Shown one piece after another: positions 25,380 to 33,993 of a stretch of 64,000 bases of DNA. The stretch lies in the IMG/VR virus record IMGVR_UViG_3300031521_000011, positions 64,001 through 128,000 of that record; one strand, written 5' to 3'. The stretch is from a virus. Position 1 is the first letter of the stretch; the number at the start of each line of letters is the position of its first letter. The notes under the pieces were generated by a model. It saw only the letters and a list, made by a program, of their open reading frames with translations. It searched no databases and was not told the origin of the DNA. The translations under genes and the position numbers were made by a program.

Positions 25380-25394
25380 TTTTATCACTTATAC
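25380..25394 (-). promoter_or_regulatory. phage-specific motif copy 4 (GTATAAGTGATAAAA)
   Basis: Intergenic, upstream of the 25342 gene. Confidence 0.65.
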
Positions 25395-25398
25395 CATC

Positions 25399-26163
25399 CT
25401 AGGCCATTGGCGGCATTTTTGGAACGGGTTTGAGATACAGATCCCTGTCCTCCTTCAGCATTAAGAATGTCCAAACCATTTTCATAGCCTCTGGGCGATT
25501 CTCTTCCATGACGGCGGCATACTGCGACCAGAACTTATCCATATCATACTTTGGAAGGCAATCCTTGCAGAGAGCAACGTTAGATTCGTACACTCCGAAT
25601 TCGTTGTTGCATGACGGGCAGCGCAGGATGTGCATCCTATCTGTCAAGAATGAGCGGACCTGCTTTGTGGACCACCAGTCCATTGCATCAATAAATTTAT
25701 TTATTCCGATGCGCTCGATTTCGTCCTGACCAAATCCGCTCATCTTCTCAAACTTGATAAGGCCCCGGCGAAGGAAAGCCTTCCATATGACGTCATATTG
25801 CTGACTTGATCGATGATGGAGCTTTACGACATCGGACTTTATGAGTCCGTCGAGCGGACCACCCTCAAGCCCTGTTGGCTCCTTTGGCGACTCTGGCAGC
25901 GTGCTGATATTGGCCATCTTTTTATTGGCTTCAGCCAGATCAGATCTTTTGATATTATACCTGGGTATATGATCCTCAGGCCGCTTGATCCTATGGACAT
26001 TCTTGGCATCAATTTCAGATATGCCTTCTACGAGGTCTGCAGCTTCAGTGCCAATAAATGAAAGATCATCTTCCACTATAACCTTACTGTCACTAGGAGC
26101 GCTATATGCTTGAACATCAGGAGATTCTTCACCGGCGTCCTTCATAAGTTCATCTGTTTCCAT
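25399..26163 (-). CDS. hypothetical protein with Zn finger
   Basis: CPSC...CKDC; ATG 26163 with AGGAGGG RBS. Confidence 0.6.
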   Translation of the reverse strand: METDELMKDAGEESPDVQAYSAPSDSKVIVEDDLSFIGTEAADLVEGISEIDAKNVHRIKRPEDHIPRYNIKRSDLAEANKKMANISTLPESPKEPTGLEGGPLDGLIKSDVVKLHHRSSQQYDVIWKAFLRRGLIKFEKMSGFGQDEIERIGINKFIDAMDWWSTKQVRSFLTDRMHILRCPSCNNEFGVYESNVALCKDCLPKYDMDKFWSQYAAVMEENRPEAMKMVWTFLMLKEDRDLYLKPVPKMPPMA

Positions 26164-26208
26164 TCTCAAACCCTCCTCATTACGTGGTGTTTACAGTTTA
26201 CCATAATT

Positions 26209-26240
26209 CAAAAAAAAGACAAGGGGCGCTTTCGCGCCCC
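26209..26240 (-). terminator. intrinsic terminator
   Basis: GGGGCGC-GAAA-GCGCCCC followed by TTGTCTTTTTTTT. Confidence 0.8.
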
Positions 26241-26247
26241 AGTTGTT

Positions 26248-26721
26248 TTATTTGTCCGCCGGCACATTCCCGAGGTTCTGATCAATCTCATTCAATGCAG
26301 CTTCAGTTTCAGCTGCGATTGCCTTGTCTTCCTCGAGGACAGATACCTGGGCGGGTTTACGACGACCACCCTTGGGAGCGGCGGGAGCGGCGGGAGCTAC
26401 CGGAACTTCAACCACAGGAACTGTGGCGGGAGCAGCGGCTGGAGCTTCAACAACTGTAGCTGTAACAGGAACCGCAGCGGGAGCTACAGGGGTAGCGGGA
26501 GCTGCTACCGGAGCGGGAGCTGCTTTAGCAGCGACCTTTGCAGCATCCGCTGCCTTCTTGGCTTTGTATGCGTCGAGTCTGCTCTGGAGACCCTTGGAGA
26601 TTCCGCCATTCCGGACAATCTTGCCTTCAGCATAGGCATTCCCTGAAACACAACCGAGACCGAAACCGACCAGAGCGGATCCACCAGCAATGAGACCGAC
26701 AACCAACTTAGGATTCAACAT
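26248..26721 (-). CDS. membrane-anchored Ala/Pro-rich protein
   Basis: N-terminal hydrophobic Gly-rich helix (LVVGLIAGGSALVGFGLGC), then an A/P/V linker; AAGGAGG RBS. Confidence 0.65.
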   Translation of the reverse strand: MLNPKLVVGLIAGGSALVGFGLGCVSGNAYAEGKIVRNGGISKGLQSRLDAYKAKKAADAAKVAAKAAPAPVAAPATPVAPAAVPVTATVVEAPAAAPATVPVVEVPVAPAAPAAPKGGRRKPAQVSVLEEDKAIAAETEAALNEIDQNLGNVPADK

Positions 26722-26745
26722 GACAAAGACCCTCCTTAGATAATT

Positions 26746-26760
26746 TTTTATATCTTATAC
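26746..26760 (-). promoter_or_regulatory. phage-specific motif copy 5 (GTATAAGATATAAAA)
   Basis: Upstream of the first gene of the - strand block. Confidence 0.7.
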
Positions 26761-26786
26761 CTGCAATATAAGCCTTTTGAAAATGG

Positions 26787-27210
26787 TCTCTTGGCACGAT
26801 ACCCCCCTCTCTTGGCAGCAAAAGTGCCTCTCTTGGCAGCAAAAGTGCCTCTCTTGGCAGACTCTTGGCAGACAAATAATTTTGAAACTTTTAAAGCAAA
26901 AGGCTGTACGTGCCATTAGGACTAGCTTCTATATATATATAATATAATATAATAATAATATATAGTATACTATAGAGTGTTTCTGCCAACAGTTTTACCG
27001 GAAAAGGTATGGGGGGGTATATTTTTATTTTTTTTAATATTTTTTTTCATTTCAAAAAAAAAATATTTATCCCCCCGGTACCTTTTCTGAGAATTTCGTG
27101 TCTCTTGGCAGAGAAATACCCTCAAACCCGCATGAATCCTCACTTTACCAGTTTTTGCCTGTGCCAAGAGAGGGGGGTATCGTGCCAAGAGAGGGGCATG
27201 TCGTGCCAAC
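26787..27210. repeat. putative replication origin: iterons, 31-bp inverted repeat and AT-rich core
   Basis: CTCTTGGCA at 26788, 26809, 26830, 26851 (21-bp period), 26862 and 27102; inverted copies at 27162, 27183 (partial 27204); perfect 31-bp inverted repeat 26787-26817/27162-27192; near-pure A/T tract ~26930-26974. Confidence 0.7.
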
Positions 27211-27234
27211 AGTTACTATTGATACTCCTGAAGA

Positions 27235-27263
27235 TTGTCATAGCACCTTATTGGTGGTATACT
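27235..27263 (+). promoter_or_regulatory. sigmaA-type promoter with extended -10
   Basis: TTGTCA-17-TATACT, with TG at the extended position. Confidence 0.7.
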
Positions 27264-27290
27264 TTTTTAAGAAGGAGCGTGACTTAAGCT

Positions 27291-29939
27291 ATGCTCGAAA
27301 AGATGACTACATTCAGAATTAAATTTTCTGACATCGAGATAATCGACGGCGAGTTTATAAAACAGGCGTCGGACAATTTCCTGCCCGAAGGGCATATGTA
27401 TGACCCTGATTTCCTTTACATGAAAGTTCGTGCTGTGTCGGCTGGTGAGTACTGGGGCCCGAATAAGAATGCTGACTTCTTCCCTGAAGCAGAACTTGTC
27501 AAATTCTACAAGACGTTCCTTGATGCTCATGCATTTAAGAACCATGAGAATAAAGATGTCGCCAATGCAATTGGTGATGTTATTTCCGCAATCTGGAATG
27601 ACGAGATGAAGTACGTCGAGCTGTTAATCCGGATTGAGCGCTCTCTGGCTCCGACGATTGTACGTGGCTTTGAAAAAGGCTTCATGACAGATGTGAGTAT
27701 GGGATGCAAAATTTCACATAGCATCTGCTCGAAGTGCGGCAATATTGCAAAGATTCCTTCGCAATATTGCGATCATATAAAGTATCAGAAGCACCATGTT
27801 TCTGACGATGGTGTGCGTATTTACGAAATCAACATCGGTCCTAAGTTCCATGATATCAGCGCCGTGCTGAGTGGAGCCGATAGAACAGCGAAGATGACGG
27901 GGTTGTATATTATGGGAGATAAAGTTGCCTTCACCGAATGGTCAGAGATGTCAAAGACGGCATCCATGGTAGACTCGTTTGCTTCGGAAGAATTTGGCCC
28001 CGGCAATCCTTTCTACAAGGTCGCCTCCGCCAAAGAGATCGAAAACTTCAGCATCAATGCTATTGAGTTCAAAATGGGTGATGATACCTTTAGTAAGGTC
28101 GCCGGCACGAAGCAAGGCCTTATGGACAAGGTTGCTGAGATCAAGAAAGAGATCCAGGCAAAGATCATGTCTGTTGCTCGCGGCGATGCAATGAAAACTG
28201 AAGGGCTCGATGAAGTCATTGATCTTTTTAAGATGTTTTACACAGAATTCCTTACACGCGAACAGTGTGTTGAGATTGGGAAGAAAATCAGCAGCATCGC
28301 CCGCAGGGAACAGATGCCGACTTCGGATGTTTTCAATACCCTGATAGGCATGCTGGAAGTGGCCGGCATAGAATTATCTTCTCTTGAGTTTGATCGCATC
28401 ACAAGCCAGTTTATGGATGGCGATGGTGACAGTGATTGCTGCTCTGGCGCTGATGGCTTCCGTCCTGAAAATTACAATGGGATCAAGCAAGAATCAGATG
28501 ACGCCATATCTGAATTTGGTATGGACGGCGGGCTACCGGCGGCGCTTAAATTACTGAGCATCATCCGTAATGCCCAACATAGAGGTCAGCCTATTCCTTT
28601 AAGTGAAAATCAGAACATGGGCACAAATATGCGCGTTATTATTTCACGCATCAACGCTCCGCAGCCGCCAATACATAATCCTTTGCTGGGCGACGAGATG
28701 ATGGATATGATTCGGCCAATGATTCCAGGCCGCAGTATGTATCGCCAGCATCTCATTCCTCGTGTGCTTCGTATTTCAAAAATGGCATCAACTCCAAACA
28801 TACGCAACCTGGAACATTTCATTGGACCGCGCATTCTGAAGACAGCTGCACAGAAAGATCTCAGCTATGACGCTGCCGGCGCAGCCTCGATGTATGCATA
28901 TGCCCAGTATCAGAAACTTCGCGAGAAGCTTGCGTTCAGCAATTGGCTGGATGATGAGTTTGCAAAATATGCTCACGAATTTGGTGCTGAGGGCATCGTG
29001 AATGAAATCGACAGCCTCGGCTCAATGGAGAAGGTAGCCCTTCTTGGTAAGGGATATACTGTTCGCAAAGCCATGCTGATCGGTGCGCCGCTGACATTCG
29101 GATATTCCGCCGCCCAGCGTGCACGCATGAGAAATGGTGAGAATGTTTCTGGCTTTAACCGCTATATTGCAGAGAATCCGGCAAATGCATTTATGATCCA
29201 GGCTCTTATGGGTCCTGCAGCATGGAAGGGCGGAAAAGCCTTAGCCGCCAAGCTTGGTGGGAAAGCAGCTGTTGCTGGTAAAAATGTTGGTGCATCTCCG
29301 GCAGTACATAATACCAAGAATGTTTGGCGCAATAGTAAGCTACTGGCTGACATCAAGGCTGACCCAACCCTCCAGAGGTGGCACGACTTCTTCACGAAGT
29401 ATTCTGAGGATAGCTCTTATATTCTAACCAAAGAAGCGAGTGAAGCTTTCGAGCACTATGACTCCACTGAAGGTGTGGATATATTCAAGAACGAACAGAT
29501 TGACAAAACTGCCATGGAGAAATTTTCATTGACACAGGTACAGGTGGATTCCATTAAGATGTCGATGATCATGGAATGCATGGAGAAGAGTGCAGCCAGC
29601 TCTGGAATTCTGAGGCAAAATTCTCTCACGAGAAATGATGTCTCAAATTTCATTAAGGTTTGTGCTGAATATCTCTCAGGTGAGGTCACAAAAGAAGCTG
29701 GCGATCTTAAAGATGTGATGATGAACACGGGAAGCGAAATGCTGTTTGCGAATCACAATCTGTCAATGCTACCGATTATGCCTGGAGCAGTTATTGACAA
29801 CGTTATATTCCAGGGGATTTTCAAGGCTTTGGAGAAGGCGGGAGCTAAAGGCAAAAGCAAAGGCGAGGTGGCTACGAACCTCGGGCAGAGCGCAATAAAG
29901 CAAATTCAGCAACCGGCAATTCCACCTATAAAGCCATAA
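27291..29939 (+). CDS. prohead (capsid maturation) protease with long KxA-punctuated C-terminal region
   Basis: NKNADFFP..EL, FKNHENKD (His), VELL, DVSMGC (Ser), CSKCG...CDH Zn motif, DISAV..GAD; upstream of the capsid genes. Confidence 0.75.
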   Translation: MLEKMTTFRIKFSDIEIIDGEFIKQASDNFLPEGHMYDPDFLYMKVRAVSAGEYWGPNKNADFFPEAELVKFYKTFLDAHAFKNHENKDVANAIGDVISAIWNDEMKYVELLIRIERSLAPTIVRGFEKGFMTDVSMGCKISHSICSKCGNIAKIPSQYCDHIKYQKHHVSDDGVRIYEINIGPKFHDISAVLSGADRTAKMTGLYIMGDKVAFTEWSEMSKTASMVDSFASEEFGPGNPFYKVASAKEIENFSINAIEFKMGDDTFSKVAGTKQGLMDKVAEIKKEIQAKIMSVARGDAMKTEGLDEVIDLFKMFYTEFLTREQCVEIGKKISSIARREQMPTSDVFNTLIGMLEVAGIELSSLEFDRITSQFMDGDGDSDCCSGADGFRPENYNGIKQESDDAISEFGMDGGLPAALKLLSIIRNAQHRGQPIPLSENQNMGTNMRVIISRINAPQPPIHNPLLGDEMMDMIRPMIPGRSMYRQHLIPRVLRISKMASTPNIRNLEHFIGPRILKTAAQKDLSYDAAGAASMYAYAQYQKLREKLAFSNWLDDEFAKYAHEFGAEGIVNEIDSLGSMEKVALLGKGYTVRKAMLIGAPLTFGYSAAQRARMRNGENVSGFNRYIAENPANAFMIQALMGPAAWKGGKALAAKLGGKAAVAGKNVGASPAVHNTKNVWRNSKLLADIKADPTLQRWHDFFTKYSEDSSYILTKEASEAFEHYDSTEGVDIFKNEQIDKTAMEKFSLTQVQVDSIKMSMIMECMEKSAASSGILRQNSLTRNDVSNFIKVCAEYLSGEVTKEAGDLKDVMMNTGSEMLFANHNLSMLPIMPGAVIDNVIFQGIFKALEKAGAKGKSKGEVATNLGQSAIKQIQQPAIPPIKP

Positions 29940-29955
29940 TCTTTACCCGAATACT

Positions 29956-29984
29956 TTGCCAAACGTAATTGGATGTAGTATTAT
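29956..29984 (+). promoter_or_regulatory. sigmaA-type promoter
   Basis: TTGCCA-17-TATTAT. Confidence 0.7.
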
Positions 29985-30020
29985 TATAAAGAGCTTTACT
30001 CTAAAAGGAGGCAGAATATA

Positions 30021-30611
30021 ATGCAAGGTTTTTATGATGCATGCAAGGACAATGGTTTCTTTAACGGCAAAACAAAGATTGCCAGCAATGAAGACGCCAA
30101 AAATGCCCTTAACGGTCTGGATCAAGAGCAAATCGACACTCTGGCACAGGCTTTGGGTGTATTTGGCAAGCAGGCTTCCGACGCAGCCGAGGAAAAGTCT
30201 GTCGAGGATAAAGTGACAGATGCCGCAAAGGCCAAGGCTGAAAAAACAGATAAGCCTGATGACAAAAAGGGCCAGGACAAGAAGGACGCCAAGGCTGACG
30301 AAGAGAAGGCCGACCCCGCCACCAGCGAAACTTCTGAGAAAAAGGCATCAGAAGTGCTGCGTGAAATTCTGACTGAGGGTGCAGAGATGGAAGCACAGAT
30401 TGAAAAAGATGCTTTCGAGCGCGCTGGTGAGATGCTTAAGCAGGCCGGGTACAGCGTGGCCCAGTATGTTTACGGCTTTATTGAAGACGAGAAGATCGCC
30501 ACTGTGATCGCCGATGAGGCTGAGAAGATCGCTTCCGAGGAAGACATGCCGGTCCTGCAGGTCGCACGTGATATCGTTACGGAAATCCTTAGCTCCATTA
30601 CTTCCGAATAA
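30021..30611 (+). CDS. scaffold-like head protein
   Basis: Charged and helical; TKIAS, GKQAS, EKKAS, EKDAF, LKQAG, EKIAT, EKIAS. Confidence 0.55.
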   Translation: MQGFYDACKDNGFFNGKTKIASNEDAKNALNGLDQEQIDTLAQALGVFGKQASDAAEEKSVEDKVTDAAKAKAEKTDKPDDKKGQDKKDAKADEEKADPATSETSEKKASEVLREILTEGAEMEAQIEKDAFERAGEMLKQAGYSVAQYVYGFIEDEKIATVIADEAEKIASEEDMPVLQVARDIVTEILSSITSE

Positions 30612-30628
30612 TATTCGGAGGTAATGAG

Positions 30629-31675
30629 ATGAGGCGTATGGAGAAGACAGCGGCTTTAAGGGCAAGAAGCATTTCGCAGCTTGCTGATTTCTTGCGCCGT
30701 GACGCCCGGGGTGTTGAAGGTGGCGATGTCGCCAAGGCAATACGGGGTATGTATAGCAAGGAAGGTGAGACTGGGTCTCTCTTCGTAGACGGAGCGAAAT
30801 GGCTTCTGAACAAAACACCCGGAGTTAAGAAACTGAAGCTTGGGCAGAAAATAGACGATGCCACGAGCCGGTACAAAGATTTTGTTATCAAGCATGATCT
30901 TAAGACCGGAAACTACATGGCAGACAAGCTGAAGAATACCAAACTCAAAAATGTATTTGTCGACAAGCGCCAAGTCAAGATGAATTCAGCGCCAAATGAA
31001 CCGGTTGTAAATTATGAGGTTGAAACGCCAAGTCTCCTCTCTCCGGTCCATAAGGCTAAGAAAGCTATTCTACCATTTGCTGGCGCAATGGCAATTTCAG
31101 ATCTTGGGTACAAAGCTATGAACAAAGAGAAGAGCGGTGAGAACATGCCAGGTGATAATGTGAAAAGTGCCAGCCTCATTAATCGGATTGTGGAAGTCGC
31201 AATGGATAAGACGGCTGACGACGCAGGATCCGTATCTAAGCAGGGCGTGGATTCAGACACGTTGCGCGAATTTGCAAAACTCGCTTTTGAGGCTAGTGAG
31301 ATGCTTAAGCAGGCTTCTGCACAGATCAATGCACAAAAGGTGGAGATCAGCAAGTTGGCCCATGAAAGCGGCATGATGGAACTAGCTTTAATTGCAAAAA
31401 CACGCTCCGGCAGGTCTATCGAGCTGGCTGATGATATGCTCGATAAAGGAATCATTAAGGTCGCCGATTATGAGGACAAAATCGACGATATCATGGAGAT
31501 GGATGACAACGCTTTTGGTGTCCTCAATCAAACAGTAGCCTGTATTAAAAAAGAATCTTCTGACAATTACGGCGTTACTGATTTGACTTTTCTCGAAAGA
31601 GATGATACCATAATTACAGAGAAACCAACGATGCAAGAGAGCATCTCTCAGGAAGCTCGTAAAATCAACAGGTGA
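30629..31675 (+). CDS. scaffold/internal head protein
   Basis: Coiled-coil C-terminal half; EKTAA, VKSAS, DKTAD, AKLAF, LKQAS, SKLAH, IKVAD. Confidence 0.55.
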   Translation: MRRMEKTAALRARSISQLADFLRRDARGVEGGDVAKAIRGMYSKEGETGSLFVDGAKWLLNKTPGVKKLKLGQKIDDATSRYKDFVIKHDLKTGNYMADKLKNTKLKNVFVDKRQVKMNSAPNEPVVNYEVETPSLLSPVHKAKKAILPFAGAMAISDLGYKAMNKEKSGENMPGDNVKSASLINRIVEVAMDKTADDAGSVSKQGVDSDTLREFAKLAFEASEMLKQASAQINAQKVEISKLAHESGMMELALIAKTRSGRSIELADDMLDKGIIKVADYEDKIDDIMEMDDNAFGVLNQTVACIKKESSDNYGVTDLTFLERDDTIITEKPTMQESISQEARKINR

Positions 31676-31697
31676 ATATAAAGAGGAGGGTTCAACA

Positions 31698-32198
31698 ATG
31701 GCTATCAGAAATTCGGCTCGTTTCGACGAATACGCATATCGTATCGCCAACGCCAGCCTTGCTGCGGCAGTAGTAACGTCTGGAATCGAGGAAGGCCAGT
31801 GGGTCACATATGATACCGATGGCAACCTTGTAGTCGCAGGCGCTGCATCCGTAAAGGCCTTCATCGCAATCGGTTCCAAGCGTACCGGTCGCGACCAGGT
31901 TTCCGGTAAGGCAATTTCAAAAATCGCATACCTGCACGGTGCTTTCGTGCTGGAGACAAGCAAGTATGACACCAACGGCACATACACCGCTGCCATGACT
32001 CCTTTGAAGCTGGCATCCGGCGGCATCCTGACGCCATGCCTCAGTGTCAATAAGACAGTTGCAAAGACCGGTGTGGCAGGCACAGTTACCGGCGCCGCAT
32101 CTGCAACAGATATCCCTGCTCTTGACATTGAACATGTCGTGGCTTATGCCATCGGTGCCCCATCCACTGACGGTTACCTCAAAATCATCTCGGCGTAA
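31698..32198 (+). CDS. head decoration/cement-like protein
   Basis: Small beta-rich Gly/Ala/Thr protein directly upstream of the capsid gene; strong RBS. Confidence 0.55.
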   Translation: MAIRNSARFDEYAYRIANASLAAAVVTSGIEEGQWVTYDTDGNLVVAGAASVKAFIAIGSKRTGRDQVSGKAISKIAYLHGAFVLETSKYDTNGTYTAAMTPLKLASGGILTPCLSVNKTVAKTGVAGTVTGAASATDIPALDIEHVVAYAIGAPSTDGYLKIISA

Positions 32199-32242
32199 TA
32201 GCCGAAACAGCAAGTAAAATATTTGAAGAGGAGTGAAAAACC

Positions 32243-33241
32243 ATGGCAGGACTTATGAGAATCAAAACGGCTGCTGAGACATCAGAGGCTGATTATAATC
32301 TGGCCAAGCTGCTGGATATGCCCGGTGGGCTGGAAAAAATCGCCCTTGAAAAGCTGCCGCCCTTCATTCGCGAGACCCGCGACTACGAGGCATTCGGCCG
32401 CAAAATCCTTCTGGTGCACAACGTCACATCTGAGGAACTGCACCTGATCAACGGCGAGCCATACATGTACTACAACAAGGACATGAACTCGCACGCCGCG
32501 TTCTACGGCGACGATGGTCAGGCCCCCAGGCTGCAGATCGAAGGCGACGGCGTGAACGTCGGTATCATGACAATCATGTCCGATGACACGACCATCCACC
32601 TGAAGCGGCTGCTCGTGCAGAAATTCAACTACCTTGAGCGTGTCCGTGAGCTTTCAGCCCAGGCCATGTCTAAGGCTGAGGACAGCAAAATCATCGAGCT
32701 GGTTGAGCGCCTGTTGCTCGGCAATGGCTCCACCACAGCGCCCCAGTTCACTGATCAGGTCGTCACCACAAATGACGATGCGCTGCTCAAGTCCCATCTG
32801 GTTGCGCTGAAAAAGACACAGTCCCAGTGGAACGTGCCGACAGCCTGTTTCGTAATGCATCAGAGCCGCATTGAAGACATCCTGCTGTGGGCCGCAACCG
32901 AAATCGATCAGCTCACCCAGCGCGAGATGCTCGAATCCGGCGTGAAGTATCAACTGTGGGGTTCCGTGAAGCTTATCACTTCTCCGATCATTCCTAAGGA
33001 TACCGTGTATTCCTTCTCCGAGCCTGAGTTCGTCGGCCGCATGCCCATCCTGAAGGACCTGACCATCCGCCTGACCGAGGTCACCAACAAACTCGAAAAG
33101 GGCCTGTTCATGTTTGAAAAAGCCGTCGGCAAGCTCATCCTCGACTTCGACCACAAGTCCAGCATCAAGATCGCCATCGTAGTTGCCGACAGCGTGGTAG
33201 CCCGCGACGTCAGCGCATCTGGCTCATACGGCGCTCTGTAA
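32243..33241 (+). CDS. major capsid protein (HK97-like)
   Basis: 332 aa; FIRETRDYEAFGRKILL, AMSKAEDSKII, EPEFVGRMP; strong C-ending codon bias; followed by a terminator. Confidence 0.8.
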   Translation: MAGLMRIKTAAETSEADYNLAKLLDMPGGLEKIALEKLPPFIRETRDYEAFGRKILLVHNVTSEELHLINGEPYMYYNKDMNSHAAFYGDDGQAPRLQIEGDGVNVGIMTIMSDDTTIHLKRLLVQKFNYLERVRELSAQAMSKAEDSKIIELVERLLLGNGSTTAPQFTDQVVTTNDDALLKSHLVALKKTQSQWNVPTACFVMHQSRIEDILLWAATEIDQLTQREMLESGVKYQLWGSVKLITSPIIPKDTVYSFSEPEFVGRMPILKDLTIRLTEVTNKLEKGLFMFEKAVGKLILDFDHKSSIKIAIVVADSVVARDVSASGSYGAL

Positions 33242-33261
33242 TCCATAGCGAAACGCCTTTT

Positions 33262-33292
33262 AGGGGTAGGGTAGTTAGTACCCTGCCCCTTT
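33262..33292 (+). terminator. terminator after the capsid gene
   Basis: AGGGGTAGGGTA-loop-TACCCTGCCCCT-TT. Confidence 0.7.
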
Positions 33293-33316
33293 AGAGTATA
33301 ATGAGGAGGAAATGTC

Positions 33317-33973
33317 ATGGACCAGATTATCGAGATCTTCATTGAGAACCTTACGGACAATGTACATATTATTCTCGGTAAGCATATGTACAATAAGAAC
33401 AAGGTGTACCGGATCCTCATCACTGAGCGGCAGTATAAATGGTTACTTGAGCAGAACCTTATAAGCGTGCGGCTTATTTCTGCGCAGAATCTCAAGACCA
33501 AGAAGCTTCTCTTCCCAACGCAGGCCCTGTTGACAGCGCCAACGTCGATAGAGGAATTTGTTGAGCAGCTTGGTGACTTCGAGGTTGTTGACCGCACTGA
33601 GACCATCGACCCGGCGCACATCGTAGAAGATTGCAGCATGGAATATGTCCCTGATGCATCACAGGACGCTATCACCGAGCACAGCAAAGGCACAGAGTCG
33701 CCAGAGGCGCCAGCAACCTCCAATGACACTACTGAGATCGTAGAGGCTCCTGAGGGCTCACAGAGCGTCACAGAGGATGTAGAGTCCGAGCATCAGGAAG
33801 AAATCATAGATACGCCTCCGGCTACTGAACCAGTCGGCGAGGAAAAACCGCTTGATTCAGCAGCCGATTTACCGGAAGTCAAAACAAAAAGGGAGTATCA
33901 TAGAGGAACTCCTGAAGAAATTGCAGCCAAGAAAGCTGCCAAGGCTGCCAAGGAAACCGTTAAGGCTGAGTAA
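33317..33973 (+). CDS. hypothetical protein with acidic low-complexity C-terminus
   Basis: GAGGAGG RBS; between the capsid and neck genes. Confidence 0.6.
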   Translation: MDQIIEIFIENLTDNVHIILGKHMYNKNKVYRILITERQYKWLLEQNLISVRLISAQNLKTKKLLFPTQALLTAPTSIEEFVEQLGDFEVVDRTETIDPAHIVEDCSMEYVPDASQDAITEHSKGTESPEAPATSNDTTEIVEAPEGSQSVTEDVESEHQEEIIDTPPATEPVGEEKPLDSAADLPEVKTKREYHRGTPEEIAAKKAAKAAKETVKAE

Positions 33974-33993
33974 TGTGATTGGGGGCGAGCGTC

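Noticed and set aside
26787-26872. CRISPR array
   Set aside because: Repeat unit is only 9-21 bp, two intervening segments are identical, mirrored copies exist, and no cas genes are present; this fits iterons.
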